Source of the DNA: an uncultured Gaiellaceae bacterium
Lineage (GTDB): Bacteria; Actinomycetota; Thermoleophilia; Gaiellales; Gaiellaceae
NCBI GenBank assembly: GCA_963771185.1
Contig: CAVYSL010000011.1
Location: 15,303 to 79,302, forward strand
Direction: 5' to 3'
DNA: 64,000 nt
Part shown: in pieces, positions 45,634 to 60,220 of the stretch
Layout of the letters: every line of letters begins with the position of its first letter
Position numbering within the stretch: position 1 is the first letter of the stretch
Translations under genes and position numbers: made by a program
The notes under the pieces: generated by a model
What the model was told of the DNA's origin: nothing
Database searches by the model: none
The model's input: the letters and a program-made list of their open reading frames with translations, nothing else

Positions 45634-46482
45634 TCAGGAAACGCTCATTTGCAGGGACGAATGGGCTCGGCCGCGCGCGTCCAGGGGATGTCCGAGGTCC
45701 CGCGCGGCGACCTCCGCGGCCAGCTCGGCGCGGATTCGGTCGGGCGCGTCGGGGTCGGAGAAGAGGATCGTGCCCAGTGCGACGGCGCTCGCGCCGGCCG
45801 CGATCAGCTCGAGCGCGTCGAGCCCGGAGCGCACTCCACCCATGCCCACGATCGGGATGTCGACGGCCGTCGAGCAGGCGTAGACGGCGGCGAGGGCGAC
45901 CGGTTTGAGCGCCGGTCCGGAGTAGCCGCCGGTGCCCCGGGCGAGCGTCGGCCGGAGCGTGCGCGGGTCGAGCGCGAGGCCGCGGAGCGTGTTCACGAGC
46001 GAGAGCCCGTCCGCCCCGGCCGCCTCGACGGCGCGCGCCGCCTCGGCGATGTCCCAGGCCGCGGGTGAGAGCTTGGCGTAGAGCGGCAGCCCGGTGGCGG
46101 CGCGACAGGCGGCGACGATCGCGGCCGCGCTCTCGGGCGCCTCGTCGACGTTCGGGCAGGAGAGGTTGAGCTCGATCGCGGCAATGTCATCGAGGGCGGC
46201 GCACGTCTCGGCGTACTCGGCCGCGGCGAAGCCGCCGACGGAGACCCAGAGCGGGCGGCCGAGCTCCCGCAGCCGCGGCAGCGTCTCGGCGAGGAAGCGC
46301 TCGCGGCCGGGATTTGCGAGCCCGATCGAGTTGAGCATCCCGGCGTCGGTCTCCGCGATCCGGACCGGCGGATTGCCTCCGCGCGGCTCGGGCGTGATCG
46401 TCTTCGTCACGAAGGCGTCGAATGAGCGCGCGACGTCGGGGGCGGTGAGCGCGTCGAGACAGCCCGAGGCGTTGAGCAGCAT
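45634..46482 (-). CDS. pyrD: dihydroorotate dehydrogenase catalytic subunit (class 1B-like)
   Basis: [10 protein letters not shown]...NLSCPN (active-site Cys)...GGYSGPALKP...IVGMGGV. ATG at 46482 overlaps the pyrK stop. The N-terminus may start further upstream. Confidence 0.85.
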   Translation of the reverse strand: MLLNASGCLDALTAPDVARSFDAFVTKTITPEPRGGNPPVRIAETDAGMLNSIGLANPGRERFLAETLPRLRELGRPLWVSVGGFAAAEYAETCAALDDIAAIELNLSCPNVDEAPESAAAIVAACRAATGLPLYAKLSPAAWDIAEAARAVEAAGADGLSLVNTLRGLALDPRTLRPTLARGTGGYSGPALKPVALAAVYACSTAVDIPIVGMGGVRSGLDALELIAAGASAVALGTILFSDPDAPDRIRAELAAEVAARDLGHPLDARGRAHSSLQMSVS

Positions 46483-47127
46483 CAGGCCGCACCTGCCAGC
46501 ACAGGGCCTTCGACGCACAGGCGCCTCAGCTCGCCGTCGAGCTCGACCACGCAGCCGTAGCAGGCGCCGTAGCCGCATGCCATCGGCGCTTCCCAGGCGA
46601 GCTGGGCGTCCGGGACGAGCGCTCGCAGCGCGGCCAGCATCGGCTCGGGCCCGCATGCAAGCACGTCTCGGCGCTCTTCGGGAAGCAGCGCGGTGACGTA
46701 GGTCGGCTCGATGCAGACCTCGGCGCCCGGCAGCAGCGCTGCCGCTTCCGCGTGGCGCTCGCTGCGGAAGCCGACGATCGCGGGCGGCCCGCCGAGCTGT
46801 TGCGACAGGTACGGCAGCGGCGCGATCCCGATCCCGCCGCCGACGAGGAGCGGCCGCTCGACGTCGAGGTCGAAGCCGTTGCCGAGCGGGCCGAGCACGT
46901 GCAGCCGTTCACCGGGCTCGAGCTCGCAGAGCGCCGTCGTGCCGGGACCAACCGGATCGATCAGAAAGGCGAGCTCGCCGGCCTCTGCGAGGCAGACGCT
47001 CATCGGCCGCGGCAGCACCCGTCCCGGCGCCTCGAGCATGAAGAACTGCCCTGGAATCCCCGCTTCGAGCCCTCCCTGGTCGATCCGCAGGAGCGTGTAC
47101 GGACCGACGCGCTCGACGCCGCGGACG

Positions 47128-47147
<20 letters not shown>
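46482..47147 (-). CDS. pyrK: dihydroorotate dehydrogenase electron-transfer subunit
   Basis: FAD/NAD-binding fold and the C-terminal 2Fe-2S motif [13 protein letters not shown]...LCVEGPV. Start is at 47147 (MRRELRSV) or 47186. Confidence 0.8.
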
Positions 47148-50304
<3,157 letters not shown>

Positions 50305-52496
50305 TCGAGCGCGGGCCCGAGCCGCCGGACGACGCGGCAGACCTCCGCGTAGGCCTCCTCGTCGAGCGAGGGCGCCGGCAGCACGCACGACGAGTCGCCG
50401 GAGTGGATCCCGGCCTCCTCGACGTGCTCCATCACGGCGCCGATGTGGACGGAGACGCCGTCGCAGAGCGCGTCGACGTCGATCTCGAGCGCGCCCTCGA
50501 GGAAGCGGTCGACGAGGACGGAGCCGCGTGACGCCCGCCATCGCCGCCCGCACCTGCTCGTCGTCGTAGCAGACCCGCATCGCGCGGCCGCCGAGCACGT
50601 AGGAGGGCCGGACGAGCACCGGGTAGCCGACCCGGCCGCGATCTCGACCGCCGCGTCCGGCGCGTCGGCGATCCCCCACTCCGGGCAGCGGATGCCGAGC
50701 TCGGCGAGCAGCCGGCCGAAGCGCTCGCGGTCCTCGGCGAGGTCGACCGCCTCGTACGGCGTGCCGAGCACCTTGAAGCCGGCCGCCTCGATCGCGCGCG
50801 CGAGCTTCAGCGGCGTCTGGCCGCCGAACTGGATCACGACGCCCTCCGGCTGCTCCCGCTCGCAGACCGCGAGCACGTGCTCGACGTCGAGCGGCTCGAA
50901 GTAGAGGCGGTCGGAGGTGTCGTAGTCGGTCGAGACCGTCTCCGGGTTGCAGTTGACCATCATCGCCTCGTAGCCGAGCGCGCGGAAGCTCTGCGCCGCG
51001 TGGACGCAGCAGTAGTCGAACTCGATCCCCTGGCCGATCCGGTTCGGGCCGGAGCCGAGGATGACGACGCGCGGCTTGCCGGTCGCCGGCAGCGGCTCGT
51101 CGGCCTCGCCGCGGGTCGAGTAGTAGTAGTTCGAGTCGGCCGCGACCTCGCCGGCGCAGGAGTCGACGCGGCGGTAGACGCGCTCGCCCTGCGGCGGGCC
51201 GTCGCGCGCGCAGCTGCTCGAGCTCGCGCCGGAACCACGGGTGCAGGTCGTCGGGGAGGTCGTCGAGCGTCGCCCACGGCGTCACCGCGCCCGCGTCGAG
51301 CTCGCGGCTCGACCAACGCCTTCCAGAACGCCTCCTGGAAGGTGCGGCCGATCCCCATCGCCTCGCCGACCGACTTCATCTGCGTGCCGAGCGTCGTGTC
51401 GGCGCCGGGGAACTTCTCGAACGCGAAGCGCGGGAACTTGACGACGACGTAGTCGAGCGTCGGCTCGAAGCTCGCCGGCGTCGTCTTCGTCAGGTCGTTC
51501 GGGATCTCGTCGAGCGTGTAGCCGACGGCGAGCTTGGCGGCGACCTTCGCGATCGGGTAGCCGGTCGCCTTCGAGGCGAGCGCCGACGAGCGCGAGACGC
51601 GCGGGTTCATCTCGATCACGCGCAGCTCGCCGGTCTCGCGGTCGCGCGCGAACTGGATGTTCGAGCCGCCGGTCTCGACGCCGACGGCGCGGATGACGGC
51701 GATCGCCGCGTCGCGGAGCTCCTGGTAGGCCTCGTCGGAGAGCGTCATCTGCGGCGCGACGGTGACCGAGTCGCCGGTGTGGACGCCCATCGGGTCGAGG
51801 TTCTCGATCGAGCAGACGATCACGACGTTGTCGCGGCGGTCGCGGATCACCTCGAGCTCGAACTCGTCCCAGCCCTTGACCGACTCCTCGACGAGCACCT
51901 GGCCGATCGGGCTCTCGCGCAGGCCGAGCTCGACCTGGGCGCGCAGCTCGGCTGCGGTCGAGACGAAGCCGCCGCCGTGGCCGCCGAGCGTGAACGCCGG
52001 GCCGCACGACCGCGGGCACCGCGACGCCGGCGAGGTCGTCGAGCGAGGTGACGATCCGCGAGCTCGGCACCGCGAGGCCGCAGCTCTGCACCGCCTCGCG
52101 GAAGAGCTCGCGGTCCTCGGCGCGGCGGATCACGTCGACGGGCGCGCCGAGCAGCTCGACGCCGAGCGCGTCGAGGACGCCCTCCTCGGCGAGCTCGATC
52201 GCGAGGTTGAGCGCCGTCTGGCCGCCGAGCGTCGGCAGCAGCGCGTCGGGCCGCTCGCGGCCGAGCACGTCGGCGACGCCCTCGAGGTCGAGCGGCTCGA
52301 GGTAGGTCGCGTCGGCGAAGCCGGGGTCGGTCATGATCGTCGCCGGGTTCGAGTTGACGACGATCGTGCGGAAGCCGTCCTCGCGCAGCACCTTCAGCGC
52401 CTGGCAGCCGGCGTAGTCGAACTCGCACGCCTGCCCGATCACGATCGGGCCGGAGCCGATCAGGCAGATCGACCGGATGTCCTGCCTACGCGGCAT
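50305..52496 (-). pseudogene. carB: second, 3'-truncated and multiply frameshifted carB copy
   Basis: ATG at about 52496 ([30 protein letters not shown] again). CarB-like peptides are scattered over three frames (ORFs 51282-54218, 50960-51898, 50151-50963). It ends at ...VVRRLGPAL, the equivalent of about 47887 in the intact copy. Confidence 0.85.
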
Positions 52497-52708
52497 CGCG
52501 CAGCTCCTCGACCCAGCCGTGCTCGAGGATCGGCCACGCGTCGTGCGGCCCGGGGCCGGCCTCGGGGTGGAACTGCACCGAGCGGGCGCGCAGCTCCGGG
52601 AAGTCGAAGCCCTCGACGGTGCCGTCGTAGAGCGAGACGTGCGTCGCCTCGGCGTCGTCCGAGGGCGCGACCGCGAAGCCGTGGTTCTGGCTCGTGACGA
52701 GCACGCGG
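52486..52708 (-). pseudogene. carA: second carA 3' fragment
   Basis: ...[72 protein letters not shown] in ORF 52486-53343. Nearly identical to 50100-50293 over about 190 nt. Confidence 0.85.
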
Positions 52709-52734
52709 ACGGTGGCGCGTTGAGGAAGGCGGCC

Positions 52735-53768
52735 GCACCTCCGTCGACCCAGCGTCTCCGAGGATCGGCCACGCGTCGTGCGGGCCCGGGCCCGCCTCGG
52801 GGTGGAACTGCACCGAGCGGGCGCGCAGCTCGGGGAAGTCGAGGCCCTCGACGGTGCCGTCGTAGAGCGAGACGTGCGTCGCCTCGGCGTCGTCCGATCG
52901 GCGCGACCGCGAAGCCGTGGTTCTGGCTCGTGACGAGCACGCGGCCGCTGCGCCGCTCGAGCACCGGGTGGTTGGCGCCGCGGTGGCCGAACGGGAGCTT
53001 GAACGTCTCGTGGCCGGTCGCGAGGCCGAGCAGCTGGTGGCCGAGGCAGATCCCGAGCACCGGCACGCGGCCGAGCAGCTCGCGCGACCGTCGCGACCTC
53101 GTCGCCGCAGCGGCTCCGGGTCGCCGGGGCCGTTCGAGAGCAGGACGGCGTCGTAGCCGGCGAGCTCGTCGGCGTCGGCCGTCGTGCGGGTAGACGGTCA
53201 CGTGCGCGCCCGCGCCGGCGAGCCGGCGCAGGATCGAGCGCTTGCAGCCGTAGTCGACGACCGCGACCCGGATCGAGCCCGCGTCGCAGTAGACGTACGG
53301 CTCCGGCGTGGAGACACAGGCCGACGAGCGCCGCGCCCGCCATCGACGGCTGCTCGCCGACCGCGGCGAGCGCCTCGTCCTCGTCCAGCGCCGCCGGCGA
53401 CGGCCGCCGCGCGCATCGCGCCGCCCTCGCGCAGGCGCAGGACGAGCGAGCGCGTGTCGATCCCGGTCAGCGCGACGATCGCCGCGCTCGGCGAGCCAGT
53501 CCGTCCACTCCGGCCCGCGCGCCTCGCGCATCAGCACCGCCTTCGCGTGCGCGCCGGGCGACTCGGCGCGACCGGCGGCGACGCCGTAGTTGCCGACCAT
53601 CGGCGCGGTGAAGCAGACGAGCTGCTCGGCGAAGCTCGGATCGGTGACGGTCTCCTGGTAGCCGGTCATCGCGGTCGTGAAGACCGCCTCGCCGAACGCG
53701 ACGCCCTCGGCGCCGACCGACTCGCCGCGGAAGATCGTCCCGTCCTCGAGCGCGAGGAAGGCGCTCAT
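52735..53768 (-). pseudogene. carA: full-length carA (CPSase small subunit) with at least five frame changes and no clean stop
   Basis: ATG at 53768: [19 protein letters not shown]...[19 protein letters not shown] | junk | [47 protein letters not shown] | junk | [39 protein letters not shown]...[15 protein letters not shown] | junk. All are in or out of the frame of ORF 51282-54218. Confidence 0.8.
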
Positions 53769-55033
53769 CCGTGCACGACCCGGCCGTCGGCGACCGTCTT
53801 CAGGACCGTGCCGCGCAGCGTGCTCGCCGAGCAGCCACGAGTTCGCCGAGCGGGAGCGGAAGCCGGCCTCCGTCGACCGTCCACTCCGCCTCGAGGTCGA
53901 GCAGGACGAGGTTCGCGCGCGCGCCGACCTCGATCCGCGGCTCGGGCAGGCCGAGCGCGCGCGCCGGGCCGGCGGACATCCGCTCGAGCAGCGTCTCGAG
54001 CGGGAGCGAGGCCCGGCTCGACGAGGTGGGTGTGGAGCGCCGCGAACGCCGTCTCGAGGCCGGTGACGCCGAACGGCGCCGCCTCGAACGGCGCCTCCTT
54101 CTCCTCGCGCGAGTGCGGCGCGTGGTCGGTGGCGACGGCGGCGATCGTGCCGTCGCGGAGCGCCGCGATCAGCGCCTGCGCGGTCGTCCTCGGCGCGGAG
54201 CGGCGGGTTCATCTTCACGTTCGGATCGAGGCGCGCGGACGGCCTCGTCGGTGAGGACGAGGTGGTGCGGCGTCACCTCGGCGGTCGCCTGCGACGCCGC
54301 GCGCCTGCGCGCGCCGCGAGCGCCTCGACCGACTCGCGCGCGGAGAGGTGCATCAGGTGGAGCGGCCGGTGCTCGTAGCCGGCGAGCGAGAGGTCGCGCT
54401 CGACCATCGCGCTCTCGGCGACGCGACGGGTAGCCGCGCGAAGCCGAGCTCGGCGCAGACCGCGCCCTCGTGCACCTGGCCGTCGCGGGAGAGCGTCGGC
54501 TCCTCGCAGTGGAGCGCGAGCTTGCGGCCGGTGACGGCGCCGTACTGGAGCGCGCGGCGCATCAGCCCGGCCGAGGTGACCGGGCGGCCGTCGTCGGTGA
54601 AGGCGGCCGCGCCGGCGTCGGCGAGCTCGCCCATCTCGGTCAGCTCCTCGCCGTCCGAGCCGCTTCGAGATCGCGGCCATGAAGCCGGTCGGGACGAGCG
54701 CCTCGCGCCGCGCCGCCTCGACGAGCGAGCCGAGCACGGCCGCCGAGTCGACGACCGGGATCGGTGTTCGGCATCGCGAGGATCGCGCAGTAGCCGCCGG
54801 CGGCCGCCGCGGCGGTGCCGCTCGCGATCGTCTCCTCGTCCTCGCGGCCGGGCGAGCGCAGGTGGACGTGCGGGTCGACGAACGCCGGCGCGAGCACGCG
54901 CGGCGTCGCCGCGGCCGGCTCGATCCGGGCGATGACGCCGTCCTCGACCGTGACCGCGACGCACTCGCCGCCGCGCGAGGCGGCCCTCGAGCACGAGGCT
55001 GTCGGAGCGGCCGTTCGGCAGAAGAGCGCTCAT
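53765..55033 (-). pseudogene. pyrC: dihydroorotase, multiply frameshifted
   Basis: Pieces lie in three frames: [116 protein letters not shown]...[47 protein letters not shown]... The stop overlaps the carA ATG (ATGA). Confidence 0.75.
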
Positions 55034-55939
55034 GCGACCACCTCGAGCGCCCGCCGCGGCGACGAGCAGCTCCTGGAGCACGGCCATCCGCACCGCGAGG
55101 CCCGAGCGGACCTGCTCGAGGATCAGCGAGTCGGGCGCGTCGGCGACGCGGCCGTCGATCTCGACGCCGCGGTTGATCGGGCCCGGGTGCATCACCTTCT
55201 GGCCCGGCCGGAGCCGCTCCGGCGTGATCCCCCAGCGCGCGGCGTACTCGCGCAGGCTCGGCACGTAGCGCCGACTCCATCCGCTCGCGCTGCATCCGCA
55301 GGACGTAGACGACGTCGGCCGCCTCGATCGCGCCGATGTCGGTGGAGGTCTCGCAGCCGAGCGCCTCGATCCCGCGCGGGAGCAGCGTCGGCGGGCCGAC
55401 GAGCGTCGTGTGCGCGCCGACGAGCGCGAGCGCCTGGATCAGCGAGCGGGCGACGCGGCTGTGGAGGACGTCGCCGACGATCGCGACGTGCAGTCCCTCG
55501 AGCCGGTCCGAGCGCCTCGCGCATCGTGAAGAGGTCGAGCAGCGCCTGGGTCGGGTGCTGGTGCTTGCCGTCGCCGGCGTTCACGACCGCGGCGCCCGAG
55601 TAGCGCGCGACGAGCTGCGGCGCGCCGATCTGCGGGTGGCGGACGACGATCGCGTGCGGCTCGTAGGCGCGCCAGCGTCAGCACCGTGTCCTTCAGCGAC
55701 TCGCCCTTGTCGACCGACGAGCCGGCCGCCTTCAGCGACATCATGTCCGCCGAGAGCCGCTTCGCGGCGAGCTCGAAGCTCGACGACGTGCGGGTCGAGG
55801 ACTCGAAGAAGAGGTTGAGCACGAGCTTGCCGCGCAGCGTCGGCAGCTTCTCGTCCACGTCCGCGAGGGCGCCTGCGGTCTCGAGGATCCGCTCGACGTC
55901 GTCGCGGGTCAGGTCGCCGATCGAGATCAGGTGCTTCAT
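55030..55939 (-). pseudogene. pyrB: aspartate carbamoyltransferase catalytic subunit, frameshifted
   Basis: [23 protein letters not shown]...[31 protein letters not shown]...[13 protein letters not shown], then a frame loss. Later pieces [25 protein letters not shown] and [37 protein letters not shown] lie in other frames. Confidence 0.8.
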
Positions 55940-56562
55940 CGAGCCTCCTCCTCCGGTGTGCCGATCAGCAGGATCCGGTCGGCGCCGTCGATCTCCTCGA
56001 GCTCGACCTGGATCCGCTCACTGCGGGCGGTCGGCAGGTTCTTGCCGACGTAGTCGGGGCGGATCGGCAGCTCGCGGTGGCCGCGGTCGACGAGGACGGC
56101 GAGCTGGACGCGCGCCGGGCGGCCGCGCTCGAAGAGCGTCTCGATCGCGGCGCGGATGGTGCGGCCCGTGTAGAGGACGTCGTCGACGAGGACGCATGTC
56201 AGTCCCGCCAGGTCGAAGTCGAGCGCCGTCGCGTGGACGACGGGCTGCTCGCTTGCCGGGCGACGGTGTCGTCGCGGTGGAAGGTGATGTCGACCGCACC
56301 GAGGCCGACCTCCTCCCCGCTCCGCTCCTCGATCAGCGCCGCCAGGCGCTCCGCGAGCGGGACGCCGCGCGTGTGGATCCCGATCGAGAGCCAGCTTGGT
56401 CAGGTCGTCGTTGCGCTCGATGATCTCGTGCGCGATGCGCGAGAGCGTGCGAGCGAGGCCCTCTGCATCCAGCAATATCTTGGCCCCAGCTTGCGCGGTC
56501 GGGATCTGCGTCCGCAGATTCCGACCTGCGTAGACCGTGCGGTCGGGGACGTGCGTGTTCAT
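55936..56562 (-). pseudogene. pyrR: bifunctional pyr operon regulator/uracil phosphoribosyltransferase PyrR, with two compensating frame changes
   Basis: [31 protein letters not shown] | about 45 aa of Arg/Pro-rich out-of-frame text | [69 protein letters not shown]. The middle reads [20 protein letters not shown]...ITFHRDD in another frame. Confidence 0.8.
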
Positions 56563-56569
56563 TCCACTT

Positions 56570-56600
56570 CCTTTCCGGCCTCTCTGGACCGGGTTAAAGG
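56570..56600 (-). promoter_or_regulatory. PyrR-binding-loop-like RNA hairpin overlapping the pyrR ribosome-binding region
   Basis: The mRNA reads CCUUUAACCCGG-UCCAGAGAGG-CCGGAAAGG and contains GGUCCAGAGAGGCC (complement of 56577-56590). This matches the conserved PyrR binding-loop core UCCAGAGAGG. The 3' arm runs into SD GGAAAGGAAG, 8 nt before the ATG at 56562. Confidence 0.7.
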
Positions 56601-56684
56601 GGTCGGCGGCAGTGTAATCGCTGCGGAGGACGTCGTCGCGGACCGAGGAGACGCCGTTCCCGCTCCGTGCGGACGTTTTCAAAA

Positions 56685-58712
56685 ATGGCAAACGTGCATG
56701 TGACACCCATGCGGTCCCCGCGGAAGGGCCCCCTCATCGCGGTGGTGCTGCTCGCCGCGGTGTCCGCCGCGTTGCGCTTCTGGGCGACGCGTGGCCTCGA
56801 CGTCCCCTGGATCGCTCCCGACGAGTCGATCTACGCGCTGCTGGGCCGCTCGCTCTGGGAGGACGGCTCGCCCTCCTTGCTCGGCGCAGCCGGACGAAGC
56901 TACTCCCTCGTCTACTCGGCCCTGGTCGGCCTGCCGCTCACGCTCGACGACCTCGGGGCGGGCGTGACGATCGCGCAGGCCGTCGGTGCCCTGCTGATGT
57001 CGGCCACCGCGCTGGTCGTCTACCTGTGGGGCCGCGGCCCGCTCGGGGCGTGGTGGGCGGTCGTTGCCGCCGGGCTGACGGTGGCGGTCCCGGGTCTTGC
57101 GTACTCGGGCTTCCTGATGAGCGAGGTCGCGATCTACCCGCTCGCGACGCGTCGCGCTCTGGGCGATCGCGTCGACGCTCGCGCGCCCCTCATACGCCCG
57201 GCAGGCGCTCGCCGCCGGCGCGATCCTGGTCGCACTGGCGACGCACGTCCGGCTGGTTGCGCTCATTCCCACGCTGTTTGCAGCAGTTGCCGTGCAATGC
57301 GGCTTCGAGCGGTCACTCGAGCCGGCACGGCGTCAGATCGCCCTGCTCGCGGGAACCGCGTGCGCAGTCGCCGTGACGCTGGCGGGGTTCGCGCTCGCCG
57401 GCCGCTGGAGTGACCTCTTCGGTGCCTACGCCGCCGCTGCCGGCGGCTACGAGCTCGGAGCGGCGCCGAGGACGTCGTCTGGCACCTCGCCGGCGTGTTC
57501 GTTCTCGTGGCCGGCATCCCGCTCGTCGCGCTCGCCGCGATGAGCCTGGAGTGCGCCGCCAGGCGGGTGCGCGACCCTGCCGCCTGCGCGCTCGTCGCGA
57601 CCACGCTCGCATGGACGGTGTGCCTCGTACTCGAGATCGGCACCTTTGCCTCGCGCTGGGTCGGCCACCTCGCGCTCCGCGACCTTCAGCCGGTCGCGCC
57701 GGCGCTGTTCCTGGTCTTCGGGCTGTGGGTCGCGCGCGGGGTGCCTCGGCCGGCGCCGTGGACGCACATCGCGGCGCTCGCGGTGGCCGTCCCGGCGCTG
57801 CTCCTACCCGTGCGACGGTTCGCGACCCAGGAGGCCGCGCTCGACGCGTTTGCCCTGATCCCGTTCTGGCGGCTCGGGGAGGCGAGCTCGGTTCGAACGC
57901 TGGAGCTCGTCTACGCGCTGTCGGCAGGGGTGCTGATCGCCCTTGCGGCCCTCGTCCCGAGGCGAGCCCGCGTCGCGTTGCCGGTGGCCGTTGCGCTCTC
58001 GCTCCTGACGCTCTCCGTCCTCTCGACGAGGCAGATCGAGCGGCTGACGCAACTCGACCGGGCGTGGGTCTTCGACACCGGCGACCCTCGCTGGTTGGAC
58101 GACGCCGCGGACGGCCCGGTGACGTACCTGCACGCCAGCGCATTCTCGGTCGGGGTCTGGAAGCACGCCTTCTGGAACCGCAGCATCGACTCGGTCGCCC
58201 GGCTGCAGGACTCGGCCCGCCTCGACCCGCTCGTGCCGGTGGAGCTGGAGCTGCGGCCCGACGGCGTGCTCGGCCGGGTGGACGGAGGCGCCTTCCGACC
58301 GGCGCTCGTCGCGGCTCCAGCCAACTTCGACCTTGCCGGCGAAAGGCTCGCGGTGGCCCCGCGCTCGACCGATCTGCCTGGGCTCGCGCTCTGGCGGCTC
58401 GAACAGCCGCTCCGCCTGCTCACGTCCCGTTCCGGCGTGCAGCCGAACGGAGACATCGTCGGGACGGCAGAGATCACCGTCTACGCCTGCGGCAAAGGAC
58501 GGCTGGAGCTGACGCTGCTCGGCAAGCAGGGAGCGCCGATCGAGCTCCGTGCAAACGGGATCACCACGGCCCGGCCGGAAATCGCCCCGGACACCGTCTG
58601 GAACGGGATCATCACCGCACCGCCGGACGCTGATGGGCGGTCGCCGTGCGTGTTCGAGGTGGTGAGCCCCGGGCTCGTCGGCTCGACGCGGCTGGAGTTC
58701 GTCCGCGAGTAG
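56685..58712 (+). pseudogene. GT-C-type (ArnT/PMT-like) integral membrane glycosyltransferase-like protein, frameshifted between about 57150 and 57495
   Basis: N-terminal piece (ORF 56667-57413: ...LRFWATRGLDVPWIAPDESIYALLGRSLW...), middle piece (ORF 57292-57543) and long C-terminal piece (ORF 57495-58712). All are hydrophobic and collinear but sit in three frames. Confidence 0.65.
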
Positions 58713-58717
58713 AGCGC

Positions 58718-58930
58718 CTACGGCTCTACGATCAGCTCGTCGGGCTCGCTCAGCGCCTCGATCGCGTCCTGCGCGGCCTCGAGCGACGACTCAGGCACCA
58801 CGACGGTCAGCGGATCGTCCTCGCCGCGGTCGGTGAGCTCGGACTCGATGCCGGCGGTCGTGAGGATCGACTGGATCTCCTCACCCTCCGTGACATCCCC
58901 CGCAATCGCCACCTGCACCATCCGTGTCAT
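58718..58930 (-). CDS. small acidic protein (70 aa), DUF2007-like
   Basis: MTRMVQVAIAGDVTEGEEIQSILTTAGIESELTD...VVVPESSLEAAQDAIEAL has a split beta-alpha-beta-like pattern. Intact frame. Confidence 0.5.
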   Translation of the reverse strand: MTRMVQVAIAGDVTEGEEIQSILTTAGIESELTDRGEDDPLTVVVPESSLEAAQDAIEALSEPDELIVEP

Positions 58931-58934
58931 GCAC

Positions 58935-59918
58935 CTACACCTCCTGCGGGGAGGGTACTTCAGCCCGGGGCAGGCGTGCGCCGCTTTTCACCAGCTCGGG
59001 ACCACCCCGTTCCTGGAACGGGATTTCGATCAGATCGAAGTCGCGCGGGACGACGGTGTCCGGGAAGACGGTGCGCGCCTCCCGCTCGACGTCGCCGCCG
59101 CCGTAGCGGCTGGAGAGGTGCGTGAGCGCGAGCAGCTTGACGCCGGCGTCGCGCCCCACGCGCGGCCGCCTCGAGCGCCGTCGAGTGCTCCGTCTCCTGC
59201 GCCCGCTCGGCCTCGTCCTCGCAGAACGTCGCCTCGTGAACGAGCAGGTCGGCGCCGAGCGCCGCCTCGACGACGACGTCCGACGGAGCCGTGTCGCCGG
59301 TGAGCACGAGCTTGCGGCCCGGACGTGCGGCGCCGAGCACCTCTCCGGGCGTCACGACTCGTCCGTCGGCGAGCGTCACGGCGACACCGTCCTGCAGCGC
59401 ACCCCGCTCCGGACCGAAGGGGACTCCGAGCGCGTCGGCCGTGGCGACGTCGAAGCGTCCGGGACGCTCCTCCTCCACGAGCGCGTAGCCGAGTGCGTCC
59501 GACCGTGACGAACCGGGAAAGTGCGCACCTCGTAGCCGTCGCGCGGCAGCACCGCCCCCGCCGCCAGCTCGACGACGGCGACCTCGTAGGTCAGCCGGCC
59601 GATGATCCGCTGCAGCGAATTCAGCAGGTCGTCCAGCCCCCTCGGGCCGTAGAGGGTCAGCGGCAGCTCTCGCCCGCGCAGGGCGAACGTCTTCAGCATC
59701 CCGGGGAGCCCGAGAAAGTGATCGGCGTGGAAGTGGGTCAGGAAGACCTCGTGCAGGTCGACGAGCCCGACGTCGGATCGCAGCAGCTGGCGCTGCGTCC
59801 CCTCGCCGCAGTCGAACAGCAGGCGGTCGCCACCGCGGCGCACGAGCGTCGCCGAGGGCGCGCGGCGCGCTGTCGGCATCGAGCCGGCCGTGCCGAGAAA
59901 GATCAGATCGAGATCCAC
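58935..59918 (-). pseudogene. rnz: ribonuclease Z (metallo-beta-lactamase), two frame changes (about 59490 and about 59160)
   Basis: MDLDLIFLGTAGSMPTARRAPSA...LTHFHADHFLGLPGML... (ORF 59376-59918), then ...GRKLVLTGDTAPSDVVVEAALGADLLVHEATF... (ORF 58960-59478), then ...KLLALTHLSSRYGG... (ORF 58935-59159). Confidence 0.8.
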
Positions 59919-59952
59919 GCGCGCAGTGTAGGCGCGCTCGGTACGGCGCTCC

Positions 59953-60189
59953 TTACGGCAGCAGGAGCACCTGGCCGGGGACGATCGTCGCTCCCTCGAG
60001 CCCGTTCCGCTGCTTGATCTCCCAGATCCCCTCGCGCGGGTCCGAGTAGCCGGTCGACGCGATCGACCAGAGCGTGTCGTACGGCTGCACGACGTAGCGA
60101 CGCTCCGGCCCGGACGCGTCGGAGGAGCGCGCGAACGCCGCCCAGAGGAAGACCGACACTGCGACCACGACTATGAGGCGTCCGAACAT
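59953..60189 (-). CDS. small TM + LysM-domain protein (YneA/ChiZ-like architecture)
   Basis: ATG at 60189: MFGRLIVVVAVSVFLWAAFA (TM), then YVVQPYDTLWSIAS...GATIVPGQVLLLP (LysM). Two LexA boxes lie at and upstream of the start. Confidence 0.75.
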   Translation of the reverse strand: MFGRLIVVVAVSVFLWAAFARSSDASGPERRYVVQPYDTLWSIASTGYSDPREGIWEIKQRNGLEGATIVPGQVLLLP

Positions 60190-60196
60190 GTGTTCG
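60183..60196. promoter_or_regulatory. LexA (Cheo/SOS) box CGAAC-ATGT-GTTCG overlapping the LysM gene ATG
   Basis: Perfect match to the Gram-positive/actinobacterial consensus CGAAC-N4-GTTCG. Confidence 0.75.
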
Positions 60197-60206
60197 CCAT
60201 GATACA

Positions 60207-60220
60207 CGAACACGCGTTCG
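60207..60220. promoter_or_regulatory. LexA (Cheo/SOS) box CGAAC-ACGC-GTTCG
   Basis: Second perfect CGAAC-N4-GTTCG, 24 bp from the first, embedded in the longer palindrome ACACGAAC-ACGC-GTTCGTGT. Confidence 0.75.

Larger units (their letters stand above)
50305..52709 (-). repeat. direct repeat unit 2 (about 2.4 kb), diverged by a few percent plus indels from unit 1
   Basis: Same order as unit 1: the carA tail (52486-52708) followed by the carB 5' part. Confidence 0.8.

Noticed and set aside
52709-52735. Assigning the about 25-bp filler at the upstream repeat junction to a specific carB segment (..GVVGLLNVQ.. region)
   Set aside because: The similarity (encoded AAFLNAPP vs VVGLLNVQ) is only about 10 of 14 nucleotides by eye and could be chance. 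It is mentioned as a possibility only.
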